Origin: Verrucomicrobiota bacterium
Lineage (GTDB): Bacteria; Verrucomicrobiota; Lentisphaeria; JABSQK01; JAJFLO01
Length of the DNA stretch: 64,000 nucleotides
Reading direction: 5' to 3'
NCBI GenBank assembly: GCA_021772675.1
Contig: JAJFLO010000040.1
Span: 5,083-69,082 of the forward strand
The position numbers and the translations under genes were made by a program. Below are positions 49,501 through 59,421 of the stretch, one piece after another. The notes beneath the pieces were generated by a model. That model did not search any database. It saw only the letters and a program-made list of their open reading frames with translations, and was not told where the DNA came from. Position 1 is the first letter of the stretch. Each line of letters starts with the position of its first letter.

Positions 49501-51937
49501 TGTGAGTTTGCCTACCCGTATTCTCTCTTTCATCGTTATACCAGTCAACGTATTTCTTAGGCTCAATATTTTCAGGAGATACAATATGGCCCTGAGACAG
49601 GTTCTTAAATCTTACCAATTTCTCCGTGGTTAAATCGCTTGAAGACTTTATATCATCAACAATCGTTTCTAACGTCTCCTCGTTATCATACGTATTAATT
49701 TGAATAAAGGCGTTTTCGACAATGTTAACTCCATGATCAGTCGCTCTTACCTCACCCGACAATGCGTTGATGTCAATACTCTCTGGAAATTGAGAGAAAC
49801 GGATTGGACCGGCGAGCTCCCCTTCCGCCTCTTGCGTTCCCAACAAAATGGCACCGTTTGGTCTGCTTAATATATATCCGCCGGCGTTTTCCGGATCGGG
49901 CTTCAGAAAAAAGTCACCTGTTTTCGTAAATCCGGTCTCGCCGTTATACTCAACGGCGAAAAAACCGCCGCCAACAATCGCAATGTGCGTCTCTCTCCCC
50001 GTTTCAACAATGGATCGAGCAGATGACGGAACCGCTTCAAATTTAGCAACTATCTGTCGATCCTCCGTCATTGCTACAATAGTATTCGTCACGCCAGAAT
50101 CGCTAATACCCTCTCCAACCCAGCTGACAAAACGATAACCTGGTTCGGGTACCGCCGTTATCGGTACTAATTCTCCTTGCTCGTAGTCTCCATCACCTTC
50201 GATAGTTCCCGCCCCAATGGGTTCAATTGATATGGTCAAATTAATAATATTGTCATCTAATCCTGTTTGGAATACGTGAACCATATCAACTGGAGCAGTC
50301 CCAAGAAAAACCGACCATTCTACCCGAGCCGTTCCCACAGATTCGGTCCGAATATAGTAAATCTCGTTATCATCATTTGCAGCATAGGATAGCCATTCAC
50401 CGTCATTCGAAAGTGAGATTTGTCTAATTCCATTTCGGCCGTGAACCCAAATATTCCTCCACTTTCCTTTGATAGGACTATATTCAAAACACCGGATTTT
50501 TCCACCTCCAAATAGAGGATCAATATCTCCCTGACTGGACGAAAATACCCGCTGCCCGCCATGCAGGTTGTCGACTTTGCGATCAAGCACAACATTATTA
50601 GGATTTTTCCCAAGCGCACCACTAATTGACCAAGAAACACATTCATCGCCATCTTTTTGCATCGCATGCAGAAATCCCAAAGATCGGAATCCTCGGCTAT
50701 AAAATATCCAGTTGTTATTTGTTGAAGAGGTCACGATCGGTACACTATCGCTGCGGAATTCTTTTGTTGATTCACCGCATGACAACAGTAAATCAACGTC
50801 CGAAAGAACTGTATGTCCCTCAAGATTATACGTCCCATTTTCATTCAAATTGGCCGTCCAGGCGTTTCCGCTCTCAGTAACCCAAAGTGATGAATAATTG
50901 TCACCCAGTAGGTTTCTCAGAGAGATTGGCTTATCAGCGTGAGTGTCGTACGCCATCAAACTGTTGTCATTCATATAAAAATATCCGTATCCATCCGAAT
51001 ACGAACGACTCAATTCCATCCCATTTCCTGGTAAATCCGCAGCAATAAATCTGCCGGAGCGAGCATCGAAAAGTTCGAAAAGTCCATCATATTCAATGGC
51101 AACATGAATTCCATCCGGGAAGGGTAATAATTTTCTAACTGAAATCGTGGGTATATAACCGACAATATCACGGGTAACGACGTCAATAACAGCCAGTCCA
51201 TTTTCCAGACCGACAAGTGTCAGTGAATGTTGGCCAAAGCGGAAATTATCGTTCCGTTTGATCGTACGTACTTCCTCAATCATTTGATCGTCATGTTGGT
51301 ATACCACACGGATCCGGTTCTCACCAGTTTCTAACAGAATGACTGCCGTAAAACGGCCATCATCATGCAGATCTATTAAATTAGCATCAAGTATCTGGTC
51401 ATTTACGTATATATCGAATACAGTGTTCAATCTAATTTCCGCCAACCCTGTCAGAAGAATATGTTGATAATTAGTCGTGACTAAGGAATTTTGTGGAGTA
51501 CGAATATTAAGATGCGATGATGCTGAATCGGTTCGGGACGATGTGGCTACTTGACTTGGGTGGATTAGGCTGGTTTGCCATTCGCCTTCTATCGCAACAG
51601 TTCCAATACGTCTGATATCACCTTTGCCACTTTGTGATTTTGATTTTTTTGCATAAGAATGGTTAGTCTTACTTGATACATTGTCAGTTATTTCACTAAA
51701 ACTTATGGAATTGCTAATTATGTGCGAAATTCTCTTGTTGCCGGATTTCGAATCGCCCTGGCCAGCTCCAGACTCCGTTTCGTCGAGATATTTATCTGAG
51801 AGGTCTCTTAGACCATTTTGATTCTGAATTTTGCTTACTACACTATTCAGAGCATTTACCAGTTTATTCTGTGGATAGCAAAGAATGGCGATCCCCGCGA
51901 ACAAGAAAATCAATTTTACCCTTTTTCTGAAAGTCAT
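46523..51937 (-). CDS. giant secreted protein (1804 aa): signal peptide, Ser/Thr-rich linker, beta-rich region, InlB-B-repeat-like domain, about six FlgG/FlgE-like modules, conserved C-terminal domain
   Basis: N-terminus MTFRKRVKLIFLFAGIAILC. The InlB-B-like segment reads GTIEGDGDYEQGELVPITAVPEPGYRFVSWVG. Repeated blocks follow (see findings): I.G.GFF.V.(F/Y)..E..Y(T/S)R.GDF ... RPNGAILLG ... GPVRF ... IVEN.(F/Y)I...RF..PD.L ... I(R/I)QG.L. Confidence 0.85.
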   Translation of the reverse strand: MTFRKRVKLIFLFAGIAILCYPQNKLVNALNSVVSKIQNQNGLRDLSDKYLDETESGAGQGDSKSGNKRISHIISNSISFSEITDNVSSKTNHSYAKKSKSQSGKGDIRRIGTVAIEGEWQTSLIHPSQVATSSRTDSASSHLNIRTPQNSLVTTNYQHILLTGLAEIRLNTVFDIYVNDQILDANLIDLHDDGRFTAVILLETGENRIRVVYQHDDQMIEEVRTIKRNDNFRFGQHSLTLVGLENGLAVIDVVTRDIVGYIPTISVRKLLPFPDGIHVAIEYDGLFELFDARSGRFIAADLPGNGMELSRSYSDGYGYFYMNDNSLMAYDTHADKPISLRNLLGDNYSSLWVTESGNAWTANLNENGTYNLEGHTVLSDVDLLLSCGESTKEFRSDSVPIVTSSTNNNWIFYSRGFRSLGFLHAMQKDGDECVSWSISGALGKNPNNVVLDRKVDNLHGGQRVFSSSQGDIDPLFGGGKIRCFEYSPIKGKWRNIWVHGRNGIRQISLSNDGEWLSYAANDDNEIYYIRTESVGTARVEWSVFLGTAPVDMVHVFQTGLDDNIINLTISIEPIGAGTIEGDGDYEQGELVPITAVPEPGYRFVSWVGEGISDSGVTNTIVAMTEDRQIVAKFEAVPSSARSIVETGRETHIAIVGGGFFAVEYNGETGFTKTGDFFLKPDPENAGGYILSRPNGAILLGTQEAEGELAGPIRFSQFPESIDINALSGEVRATDHGVNIVENAFIQINTYDNEETLETIVDDIKSSSDLTTEKLVRFKNLSQGHIVSPENIEPKKYVDWYNDERENTGRQTHMALEGAAFFAVLFKDEIVYTRAGDFDFVEDMDMPGTFLLSRPNGAILLGSTIQDGEPVGQVRFNGPVQSFSIGSNTGNVSATDNNGNSIVENKFIGVYRFSHPDALIRIDDDISIDSSMGIYRKTTLANKISPSRTAIRQGMLTGSLSVSIDPDAWNQGPTEFTYMRTHLEIIGTGFFLVEFQGEHLLSRLGDFSLEEDPDLSGTFILRRPNGAILLGSDKENGNSIGRVRFFDMPSSFKVDQRRGNLIETDLNADGLVENMYIQTYRFMTPDALEEVEIGPYHCRKHGLFREVEFAGKINNSKSRIIQGLLEGCNIDIDKQVKRDLLRFRSTQKVEINNSGSIYFSVLYNGEILYAPLHGIYKFPLTEDPEKPGNYIISVVDGVTLLGTAEKNSGPLQPIRFSENPKSIRIDSISGEVKSYDYHGASIVENKYISIRHIPDSDQLIGLDYGLYRDLSSVENENNQSTQTSQTGDKLLKTVTNISVNWKGSIVAQILPNYVSNIAIIGNGFFTFKFLNEIIYSKRGDFSIIEIPNGKSSVFVLARPDGAILMGTDSASGNELTGPVTFNEVPSTVSIDSITGFVTGTGYELIVTNPYIIIFEFPDISNLVDIKIDPYRMSPLGLFYCPLEVTRTRTENLTIRQGAIERWNFDIANDLGNSRGKMYDINGISSKVSVLDYLYIPAIFQDEKVYSSGPDLLVVEDPDNSGQYLMCRPNGAILLGASATDELPTAPVRFVEKPNQVSINVTAQRIEATNIEGNNIVSNAYIDLFFDNHFSLHEGNESSVYGENPQSSLSIWNTGRHPTLYNTALSMSPLKYEVLTQQNYKSTFYETDQFYSVILEVFSYIDPLNIGEIRNLIAKLSNLSSVEDKLELINPGSPLSSYIDQCIAASLIGDMIKYLPYGSLVYGGTRVPYGYFYYVDTYGKGHLHVSADKNFVKEIETGIVKGIHITYREIILLVDDKKIIFAAKFPQKFTFTEPGGDTLFPWYVKK

Positions 51938-52219
51938 AGTAATACCTTTAACTTTGAGCTAGGACACAATAATTTTGAAAAAAAACATCCCATGCAAAAC
52001 CAACTTATTATTAGATGCTTTCTCTCAATAATAGTCTACACTATAATACCAAATAATAATGATAGATCTTACGTGAGTTTTTTAATTTTTTTACGCAGTA
52101 AGAATATTAATAAGACCGTATCATAATTCAGTCAGAAACATTGTTTAATCACAGGGACTTCGATAAAGGTATTGGAAATTCAAAATACGACGAGTACATA
52201 TTCTAAATTTCGAATCGAT

Positions 52220-53329
52220 TTATGGAGCCGATATAGAATTGTATTCCCCACCATTAAAAAAAATCAAAACAATGTCGCTTATTTGAATAATGTCACCATT
52301 TGCCAATTTTTTATTGACAATCTTAATACCGTTTATAAATACGCCGTTTTTCGATTCGCAATCGTTTAGATGCCAGCCATCACAATCACTGGTGATTTGA
52401 CAGTGTTCTCGCGAGATGAAATCATACTTCAAATACAGTTTATTCTGGGATCCTGAGCCAATTGTAAAGGGTGAAGCAATGGTTTGCCATTTAGCTTTTT
52501 GTTCACGATTTTCATTGGTCTCGATAACAAGAACACATGCATCGGAATATTCGGTTGGGGGATATCGTCTGAGCAAATCAGTCAAATACCGAATTCTATT
52601 GTCAATTTCTCGACTTAACAGACCATTATCCGAGTTTGAATGATCACCACAGTTGACGCTAGTTTTACATTGTGTATCATTGTCAATTTCATCAAGTTTC
52701 TCATCCAAACCAGTTACGTTATCCATTAACTTTTTAACTTCATTTTTAAGAAAACCAACGACACGATTCCGATGCTGATACACCAAATTTCGTGTGATAT
52801 TGAGTTTATTTGCGACGATATCGGCATTTTGTTGCTCCAATACATACATTTGAAAAGATCGCCATGTCATATCATCAATTCGTTTGCAAACTATCTTCAA
52901 AACGGCATTTAAAACCTCTCGTCTCATTGAATCGTCAGCCATTTGCCATGAAGCATCGGACGTTTCGATAATTTCGGATAGCGCTTCGTCGGGTAATTTC
53001 TCAATGGGCAACGTTTGTAGCTGACGGGCATATAGCGAACCAATACGAGAAATCGCAATTCGAATTAAATAAGTACGGAATTTTCCTTTCACTTGATCAT
53101 AACTAAATTTGGGTAAATATTTCATGAGCTGACACATTGTTTCCTGAAGAACATCCGCTGCCAGTGATTCAGTACACCCCTGTTTTCGACAAAATCCTAT
53201 CACTAACGGGGAATAAAGATTATAAAACTGATTCCAAGCCTCATCATCATTCAAATCTTTCATTCGTTCGATAAGTGACAAAGACGTTTTAATACTTGAA
53301 CCACCAGTGTTTTGTCGGTTTCTTGGCAT
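52220..53329 (-). CDS. sigma-70 family (ECF-like) sigma factor fused to a C-terminal FHA domain
   Basis: The region 2-like block reads LAADVLQETMCQLMKYLPKF..FRTYLIRIAISR. The region 4 HTH-like block reads DIVANKLNITRNLVYQHRNRV. The C-terminus FTIGSGSQNKLYLKYDFISREHCQI...NDCESKNGVFINGIKI is FHA-like. Confidence 0.78.
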   Translation of the reverse strand: MPRNRQNTGGSSIKTSLSLIERMKDLNDDEAWNQFYNLYSPLVIGFCRKQGCTESLAADVLQETMCQLMKYLPKFSYDQVKGKFRTYLIRIAISRIGSLYARQLQTLPIEKLPDEALSEIIETSDASWQMADDSMRREVLNAVLKIVCKRIDDMTWRSFQMYVLEQQNADIVANKLNITRNLVYQHRNRVVGFLKNEVKKLMDNVTGLDEKLDEIDNDTQCKTSVNCGDHSNSDNGLLSREIDNRIRYLTDLLRRYPPTEYSDACVLVIETNENREQKAKWQTIASPFTIGSGSQNKLYLKYDFISREHCQITSDCDGWHLNDCESKNGVFINGIKIVNKKLANGDIIQISDIVLIFFNGGEYNSISAP

Positions 53330-53874
53330 TTATTAAACCTAATGTTGTTTGACATTTTTTTATAAGCAGACTAGATATCTACATTATCACAATATACTAG
53401 TTAGGCTGATATATGAATCTGTAATTTTCAAGTAGTTCAAATTACAATTCGGTTATTTATACAAGAATATAGGCAGGAGCCTCAATTTTTCCATTTATAA
53501 TATGATTTCAAAGCGTCCAGATCACGATCGAAATCGATACACTTGTTTCAATATTGGTGAAACATTAAATTGAGCTAAACTTTTTTATTGTGTAAAATCA
53601 TTTCGGTGTATAAGAAATGAATCAAAATATTGTATAACTAAAACAATGTCAGTTTGTATTTATTCAGGATACTAGACGTTGTCGTACCAGACAAAAAGTA
53701 ACGGTATACTACTTGTATAACCGACAAGTGATCCGTTTCATTTTTGCGAACATGATCTGTCGACTTAACTCGTGGTATCATAAAAAAGCGCCAGGCTAAT
53801 TTCTTTGTTACAATTCAGATATTTCAAGAAAGCGAATAATCACCCCATTTGTCCTGTGAATTAAGGAACAATCT

Positions 53875-56800
53875 ATGAACAATCGAAAACGACATGATGT
53901 TCGACGAAAACGGATCAAACGGCCGATCTGTTTTAGCAGAAAATTGGGTCAAAATATCAATTGCACCGATAGATTGAATTTGAGAAATTCCACAGCCTTC
54001 CACTATTTGAGATTTTCTATTAAAAACCATACATGCTGCAATGTCAGATATCGGCGAATCAAGGGAATGGAAGATGACACTGATTATTCAAATAATTCTA
54101 ACCATGTAAAACTTCTACCCAAATCGGATTCGGTAAAAAAGCATTATAGCGAATTTGGCGATGAAACATCGACAAAATATCAGAGTTCGTTAGGTACGCC
54201 ATGGATAAACGATACCTATAATCGTATATCCTCTCATAGTGACTTGATCGATAGAATATTAACTGGCTCTTCTGAGGAGAAATATGAATTTGTTAGTAAT
54301 CTTGCACAAGGGGGCATGGGCAAAATCACATTGGTACGGGATAAGAATTGCCAGCGAAAGACCGTAAAAAAACAGATACTTGTTAATAGAAATTCGTCAA
54401 AAGAATTAATCATCCGTTTTATTCGCGAAGGACAAATTACTGCACAATTAGAACATCCCAATATTGTTCCGGTATATGAAATTGGTCAGGACCATGAGGG
54501 ACAAGCATACTATACAATGAAACATACGGGAGGATCGAATCTAGGTGATATACTAAAAGGACTTGTCACAAACGATGAAACAACAGTACGAAACTATCCG
54601 ATTTCACGAATTCTTAATATTATCAAATCGATTTGTGACGCTTTGGCTTATGCGCATTCAATGAACGTTGTTCATCGAGATCTTAAACCGGAAAATATCA
54701 TGGTCGGTCAATTCGGAGAAGTCGCAGTACTTGACTGGGGTCTTGCGAAAATTTTGGATGAATCGGATATCTCAAACGAGATAGAATCCTTTGTAGAAAC
54801 CGATCTCGAGATAAATAAAAAATTAAAGAAAATTGATGCTAATAAAATCGATATAGATCTCCCAGACGACTTAAGAAATTTATTAAAGACTTACGAAGGG
54901 GCTATCGCCGGAACACCAGAATATATGGCCCCTGAACAATTAATTGGCGATGTCAAATTGATAAATAGGTTGACTGACATCTACGGTTTGGGAGCAATTC
55001 TCTATAGCGCATTGACGCTCAAGACGCCGCAGAATGGTAAAAATGCTGCGGTAATTTATAACAAAATCAAGAGCGGCGAAATCCCACCCCCGATTCGTTG
55101 CAATAAAAAAAAGAAATATGTTCACTGTCCCCTGGGCAAGATCCCAAAACCGTTGTCAGACGTCGCGATGAAAGCGATGGCCTTCGATCAAAAAAATAGA
55201 TATCACTCAGTTAATGAATTTAAGCAAGAAATTGAGAATTATCAAGCCGATATCGCGACGGCTGCGGAAGAGGCGGGATGGTCACGAATTCTTTGCTTAT
55301 TGGTGAAACGAAACAAGATTCTTGCGATTAGTTTCACGATCATTTTGTCATTTGCTTTGTATTCCTACCAGCAAATAAAAGATCGAGAATCACTGGCACA
55401 ATATCGTTTGGCGGAGAGTCATCTTGCCCAAGGAGACGTTTATACCCGATCCAATGAATGGTACACTGCAAAAAAGCACTATCAAATTTCTTATGATTTA
55501 TTTCGTGAATTAAGGCAGCCGACTTTTCCAGCAGAGGTTCGCCTTTTTGACGTCTATAAGCATGCACCTGATCGTCTCAATAGCTTTGTGCATCCTCAAA
55601 TTCCTACCTGTTTCGATATTTCCGATAACGGACGAACTCTGATAGCCGGAAATAGTAATAATCGCCTAATCCTTCAAGATATCGTTACAGGGAGAAAAAT
55701 AAATTCTATTCTCAGGTCGAAATTAGAATCTCCTCCGATAGCGATCACACTGGGACCCGATCAAAAATATGCCTACACAGGACATTATGATGGATCTGTG
55801 GTTATATGGGACATAATTAGAGGGATCGAATTGACAGTTATTAAGGACGCTCATGAAGGCCCTGTTTATCAAGTGATTCCGATGTTGGCAGATGGATCCG
55901 TTATATCTGCTGGTGCGGACGGTGTCGTAAAAATATGGAACTCAGTATCTGGACAAAAAAAGCAAACCTGCTGTGAGCATCAATCAGATATCAGAGTTTT
56001 CGAAATATCAAAGGATAATTCCATGCTTCTTTCTGGAAGTACGGACGGAGCCGTTAAATTATGGGATATCCCTCAGGGGAATTTGGTCGCATCAATCCAG
56101 GAAATCAGTGTAGAGGTTTTATCTCTATCTGGAAACTTTAACTTTAGTAATGTTGCAGTAGGCTATCGAGATGGTCGCGTAACCGTCTGGAACCCCCACA
56201 CCGATAAATCACTATCTACGATGCCTCGTCCAGTGGCTGTCCACAGTATTCAATTGTTACCGGACAGTAAGTCTTTATTGGTAGGCTATCAAGATTCCTC
56301 GATGGTGAAATTTAATACAAAAACTCTGGAATCGATTGATGAGTATCACGGCCTTTACAGAGAGATCAATGACATGGTATTTTCACGTGATGGGCGAATT
56401 GCTGCCCTCCGCCGGAATAGTACCAATATTGATGTAATCCCAGTTATGCAGCACGAATTTGTCAAATTTGAGAACCACACCCCATTTGTAAAGTGCTCTA
56501 CGCTTTCCAATGATGCACGATTAATGGCATCCGGCGGCCAAAACAATACTGTTAATTTATGGGATGTTCAGACGGCAAATATACTAAGAACGTTTTCTGG
56601 CCATGAAAATATTGTAACTCATATAGCATTATCTTCAGATAATACAAAGATGGTCACTGCCAGTCTCGATAAGACATTGCGTGTCTGGGACGTGAATACA
56701 GGTAGTATTCTACATACTCTTGAATATAAATCCAGTCAATTTAGCAAGAATGAATTACCCATTTACGATCATCCGTTCGAGGCACTTGCCCTAAACAGTC

Positions 56801-57657
56801 GGATGGTGATATCCGGAGATCGTATCGGTAATATTTTATTCTGGGATATTGAATCGGGTAAGTTGGTCAAACGTTTCGCCACCTTAGATGGCCCGATAAG
56901 TTCGATTACGGTTTCACCATCAGGGAAGAAAATTCTTGCGGTTGAAAGAAACATGAAGGTCTCATTATGGAACCTAAAATCCAATCACCTTATTTGGGAA
57001 CAATCAATCGAACTATTAACCTGTGCAACCTTAGTTCCTAACCGAAAATCGGTTGTAACTGGAGAGCGAAATGGCACCGTTCGATTATGGAATATTGGGT
57101 CGAAGAATAAGTCTATCGAAATTGGATCCAGCTGGAGTCGAATAACTAGCGTTGAGTGTTCGCCAAATGGACGATATGTCATAACCGGAGATAAAGATGG
57201 AGTAATAACGTTTTGGGATATTCGAACGCAAAAAGAAATAGGAAACTTTAAAGATCACATAAATAATGTTAACACTGTCTCTTTTTCCAGTGATGGAACA
57301 AAAATTTTGTCTGGTGGAGGTAATGGCGAGATAATTATATACGATTTTTCAAGACCTCAAAAATACTCACTTTTTCGCATGGAAAAGAGAAATTGGATAA
57401 ACCTATCGGATGAAAATATTGATAATGTATTACGATACAGGTCTTTGGGAGAATGGTATGCCTTTCGAGGAGTATTTGATTGGGCTCACGTAGTACTTAC
57501 TAAAGTCAAACAAGAAAATATTCCTGTATCATCTTTCCTCATGGGACAATTGCAGTGGGATTTGGGTAATAACGAAGCTGCTGCCAATGAATTTAGATCA
57601 GCTTCTTCAGAACTCCCTCCATACTACATTAATTTACTATTAAATAGATTAGAATAA
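53875..57657 (+). CDS. Ser/Thr protein kinase with one TM segment and a long WD40-repeat region
   Basis: Hanks kinase motifs are LAQGGMGKI, VHRDLKPENIM, DWGLAK and GTPEYMAPEQ. The hydrophobic segment is ILAISFTIILSFALYSY. At least 10 WD-like repeats end in (I/V/L)W(D/N). An alternative start is ATG 54067 (MEDDTD...). Confidence 0.85.
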   Translation: MNNRKRHDVRRKRIKRPICFSRKLGQNINCTDRLNLRNSTAFHYLRFSIKNHTCCNVRYRRIKGMEDDTDYSNNSNHVKLLPKSDSVKKHYSEFGDETSTKYQSSLGTPWINDTYNRISSHSDLIDRILTGSSEEKYEFVSNLAQGGMGKITLVRDKNCQRKTVKKQILVNRNSSKELIIRFIREGQITAQLEHPNIVPVYEIGQDHEGQAYYTMKHTGGSNLGDILKGLVTNDETTVRNYPISRILNIIKSICDALAYAHSMNVVHRDLKPENIMVGQFGEVAVLDWGLAKILDESDISNEIESFVETDLEINKKLKKIDANKIDIDLPDDLRNLLKTYEGAIAGTPEYMAPEQLIGDVKLINRLTDIYGLGAILYSALTLKTPQNGKNAAVIYNKIKSGEIPPPIRCNKKKKYVHCPLGKIPKPLSDVAMKAMAFDQKNRYHSVNEFKQEIENYQADIATAAEEAGWSRILCLLVKRNKILAISFTIILSFALYSYQQIKDRESLAQYRLAESHLAQGDVYTRSNEWYTAKKHYQISYDLFRELRQPTFPAEVRLFDVYKHAPDRLNSFVHPQIPTCFDISDNGRTLIAGNSNNRLILQDIVTGRKINSILRSKLESPPIAITLGPDQKYAYTGHYDGSVVIWDIIRGIELTVIKDAHEGPVYQVIPMLADGSVISAGADGVVKIWNSVSGQKKQTCCEHQSDIRVFEISKDNSMLLSGSTDGAVKLWDIPQGNLVASIQEISVEVLSLSGNFNFSNVAVGYRDGRVTVWNPHTDKSLSTMPRPVAVHSIQLLPDSKSLLVGYQDSSMVKFNTKTLESIDEYHGLYREINDMVFSRDGRIAALRRNSTNIDVIPVMQHEFVKFENHTPFVKCSTLSNDARLMASGGQNNTVNLWDVQTANILRTFSGHENIVTHIALSSDNTKMVTASLDKTLRVWDVNTGSILHTLEYKSSQFSKNELPIYDHPFEALALNSRMVISGDRIGNILFWDIESGKLVKRFATLDGPISSITVSPSGKKILAVERNMKVSLWNLKSNHLIWEQSIELLTCATLVPNRKSVVTGERNGTVRLWNIGSKNKSIEIGSSWSRITSVECSPNGRYVITGDKDGVITFWDIRTQKEIGNFKDHINNVNTVSFSSDGTKILSGGGNGEIIIYDFSRPQKYSLFRMEKRNWINLSDENIDNVLRYRSLGEWYAFRGVFDWAHVVLTKVKQENIPVSSFLMGQLQWDLGNNEAAANEFRSASSELPPYYINLLLNRLE

Positions 57658-58132
57658 GCAGTCAGGCAAGTTGCATTATATCTAGGCGTGTAAGGTTTCA
57701 AATCAGCCGTCACCGACTTTTTGCTGAATCTGATCCGTTGCTATAATAGTGTCTGTCCGAAAAAGGCGAAATTCGAAATATTGAATATCAAAAAAGCCAC
57801 AACCTGTTTTATGAAAGCATGTTATGGTTTTAGATAATTTTCAAAAATCGAGTTATCAACAGGTCGCTACGGACGAGTAATTTTGCGTCCACCAAGTCCA
57901 GGAGTTTTTCAGAAAAATAGTAACTGCCTAATTTAGAAGTTGTTATGAATATCACACAACGCAATTTTCCAAGGCCTATGCATGGAGTTGAACAATTTTT
58001 AATAAAAACTCATTTCAAATTTCAGTTGTAACTATTTCTTCAATAGTATCTTATATATTTATGAACAGACACTATAATAGACTTCAATACGGGATTGGAG
58101 AATTTTATTAATTGATTGCTACAGGCTATATA

Positions 58133-58924
58133 TTACTTATTTCGCTCGAATAGTGCAACTTCTCGCAAATCTCCCTGTTCAAACAATTCGGCCCTGATTT
58201 TTATCAAAGATACATCGTTCGGCCTTAGTTCAATCAGATCAGAAATAATTTCGATAGCATCGTACCAAATACCGTTTTCTGCAAGATCCTTGGCAAGGTC
58301 AACTTTGCTTTTTGCCCCCATTCCTGCAATGACTTCTGCAGGCGTATCAATTCTGGACAATAACGAATGAGCATATATATCTTTCGAACGATTATCAGGA
58401 GCTGAATCTGCAACAATATTAACTGTAAACTTGTACTTTACTTTTTTTTTCAACTTTACGTTTAAATCTGAAAGTTTGAATTTGTGAATTCCCGCGCGCG
58501 ATTTGCCTAATTCAAATGGTGAATCCAATAGCGATGTGCCTGTATCCGCGTTTAAGATTGAAACTTCAATTTTATTGGTCGTTTCATGAGACTGATACCA
58601 GTAGATGGTTGGTTGGGTCTTTGTGGTATAAGCAATATGGTCGGGAGAAAGAATAAATAAATTTGGCCTAAGGGCATCATCATGATTACGTATAACACTA
58701 TTAACTCGAACCTTTTCCTGGGTGGCAGGAGCTCGATAAAAAATTTCTGGTGGTGCATTATTAGGGTCTGCCGAGCAAATCAATGCGGTCAGTTCCATAG
58801 ACAAAAATAATACTAACGATAATTTAAGACAATGTTGTATCAAATGGTTAATTCGATACTTCATTTGCAGCAAGTTTCCGATGATTAAACCTGCTATTGC
58901 AATTAAAACGGATGTATTTATCAT
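58133..58924 (-). CDS. DUF928-like secreted protein
   Basis: 263 aa. A likely internal start is at 58864 (MKYRINHL...LSLVLFLSMELTALICSA, signal-like). PTIYWYQSHETTNKIEVSI resembles the DUF928 N-terminal signature, and the C-terminus is TPR-like. The assignment comes from motif memory and gene context only. Confidence 0.55.
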   Translation of the reverse strand: MINTSVLIAIAGLIIGNLLQMKYRINHLIQHCLKLSLVLFLSMELTALICSADPNNAPPEIFYRAPATQEKVRVNSVIRNHDDALRPNLFILSPDHIAYTTKTQPTIYWYQSHETTNKIEVSILNADTGTSLLDSPFELGKSRAGIHKFKLSDLNVKLKKKVKYKFTVNIVADSAPDNRSKDIYAHSLLSRIDTPAEVIAGMGAKSKVDLAKDLAENGIWYDAIEIISDLIELRPNDVSLIKIRAELFEQGDLREVALFERNK

Positions 58925-59421
58925 TTTTTCGTCCTTTGAGATTAAGTAGAACTGCTACAGTCTACACTATCTAAAGTTAAAAATTCATGTTGGAAAAAGC
59001 AGTCTAAAGAGATTCGATTTAGGACCTATGCTTATAAGGAATATTAATGCTCGTTTACAATCCTTTTTTTAAAGATACCCAGTTTATCCCCAAAAAATTC
59101 CAATTCGAATAAACGGACTCTTCTATGATAATACCTGAATAATATCTATTGTCTTATACTAATTCGATAATTTTTTTGAAAATATTTTTTGAGACATATA
59201 TCAATATTCAAATTAATGAGTTATGAGGAATATGATTGAACAAAATGGAGGTTTTGAATTATTTAGTATTGAAACTTCAGAGGAAAAAAATTTGAATATA
59301 ATATACCGTTAGACGTAAACGATTGATCTTTTTGAAGTTGTCCCCTATAATAAATCCATATAACCAGTCAGATTTAAATAAAATACAAAATAGTGCTGAA
59401 TATATAAGTGGAGACACCAAA

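Noticed and set aside
42937-50897. Numerous 60-144-aa plus-strand ORFs inside the two giant genes, and similar antisense ORFs inside the NACHT genes
   Set aside because: All are antisense or out of frame relative to long ORFs with consistent repeat architecture. They recur in both paralogs only because the underlying DNA is duplicated.
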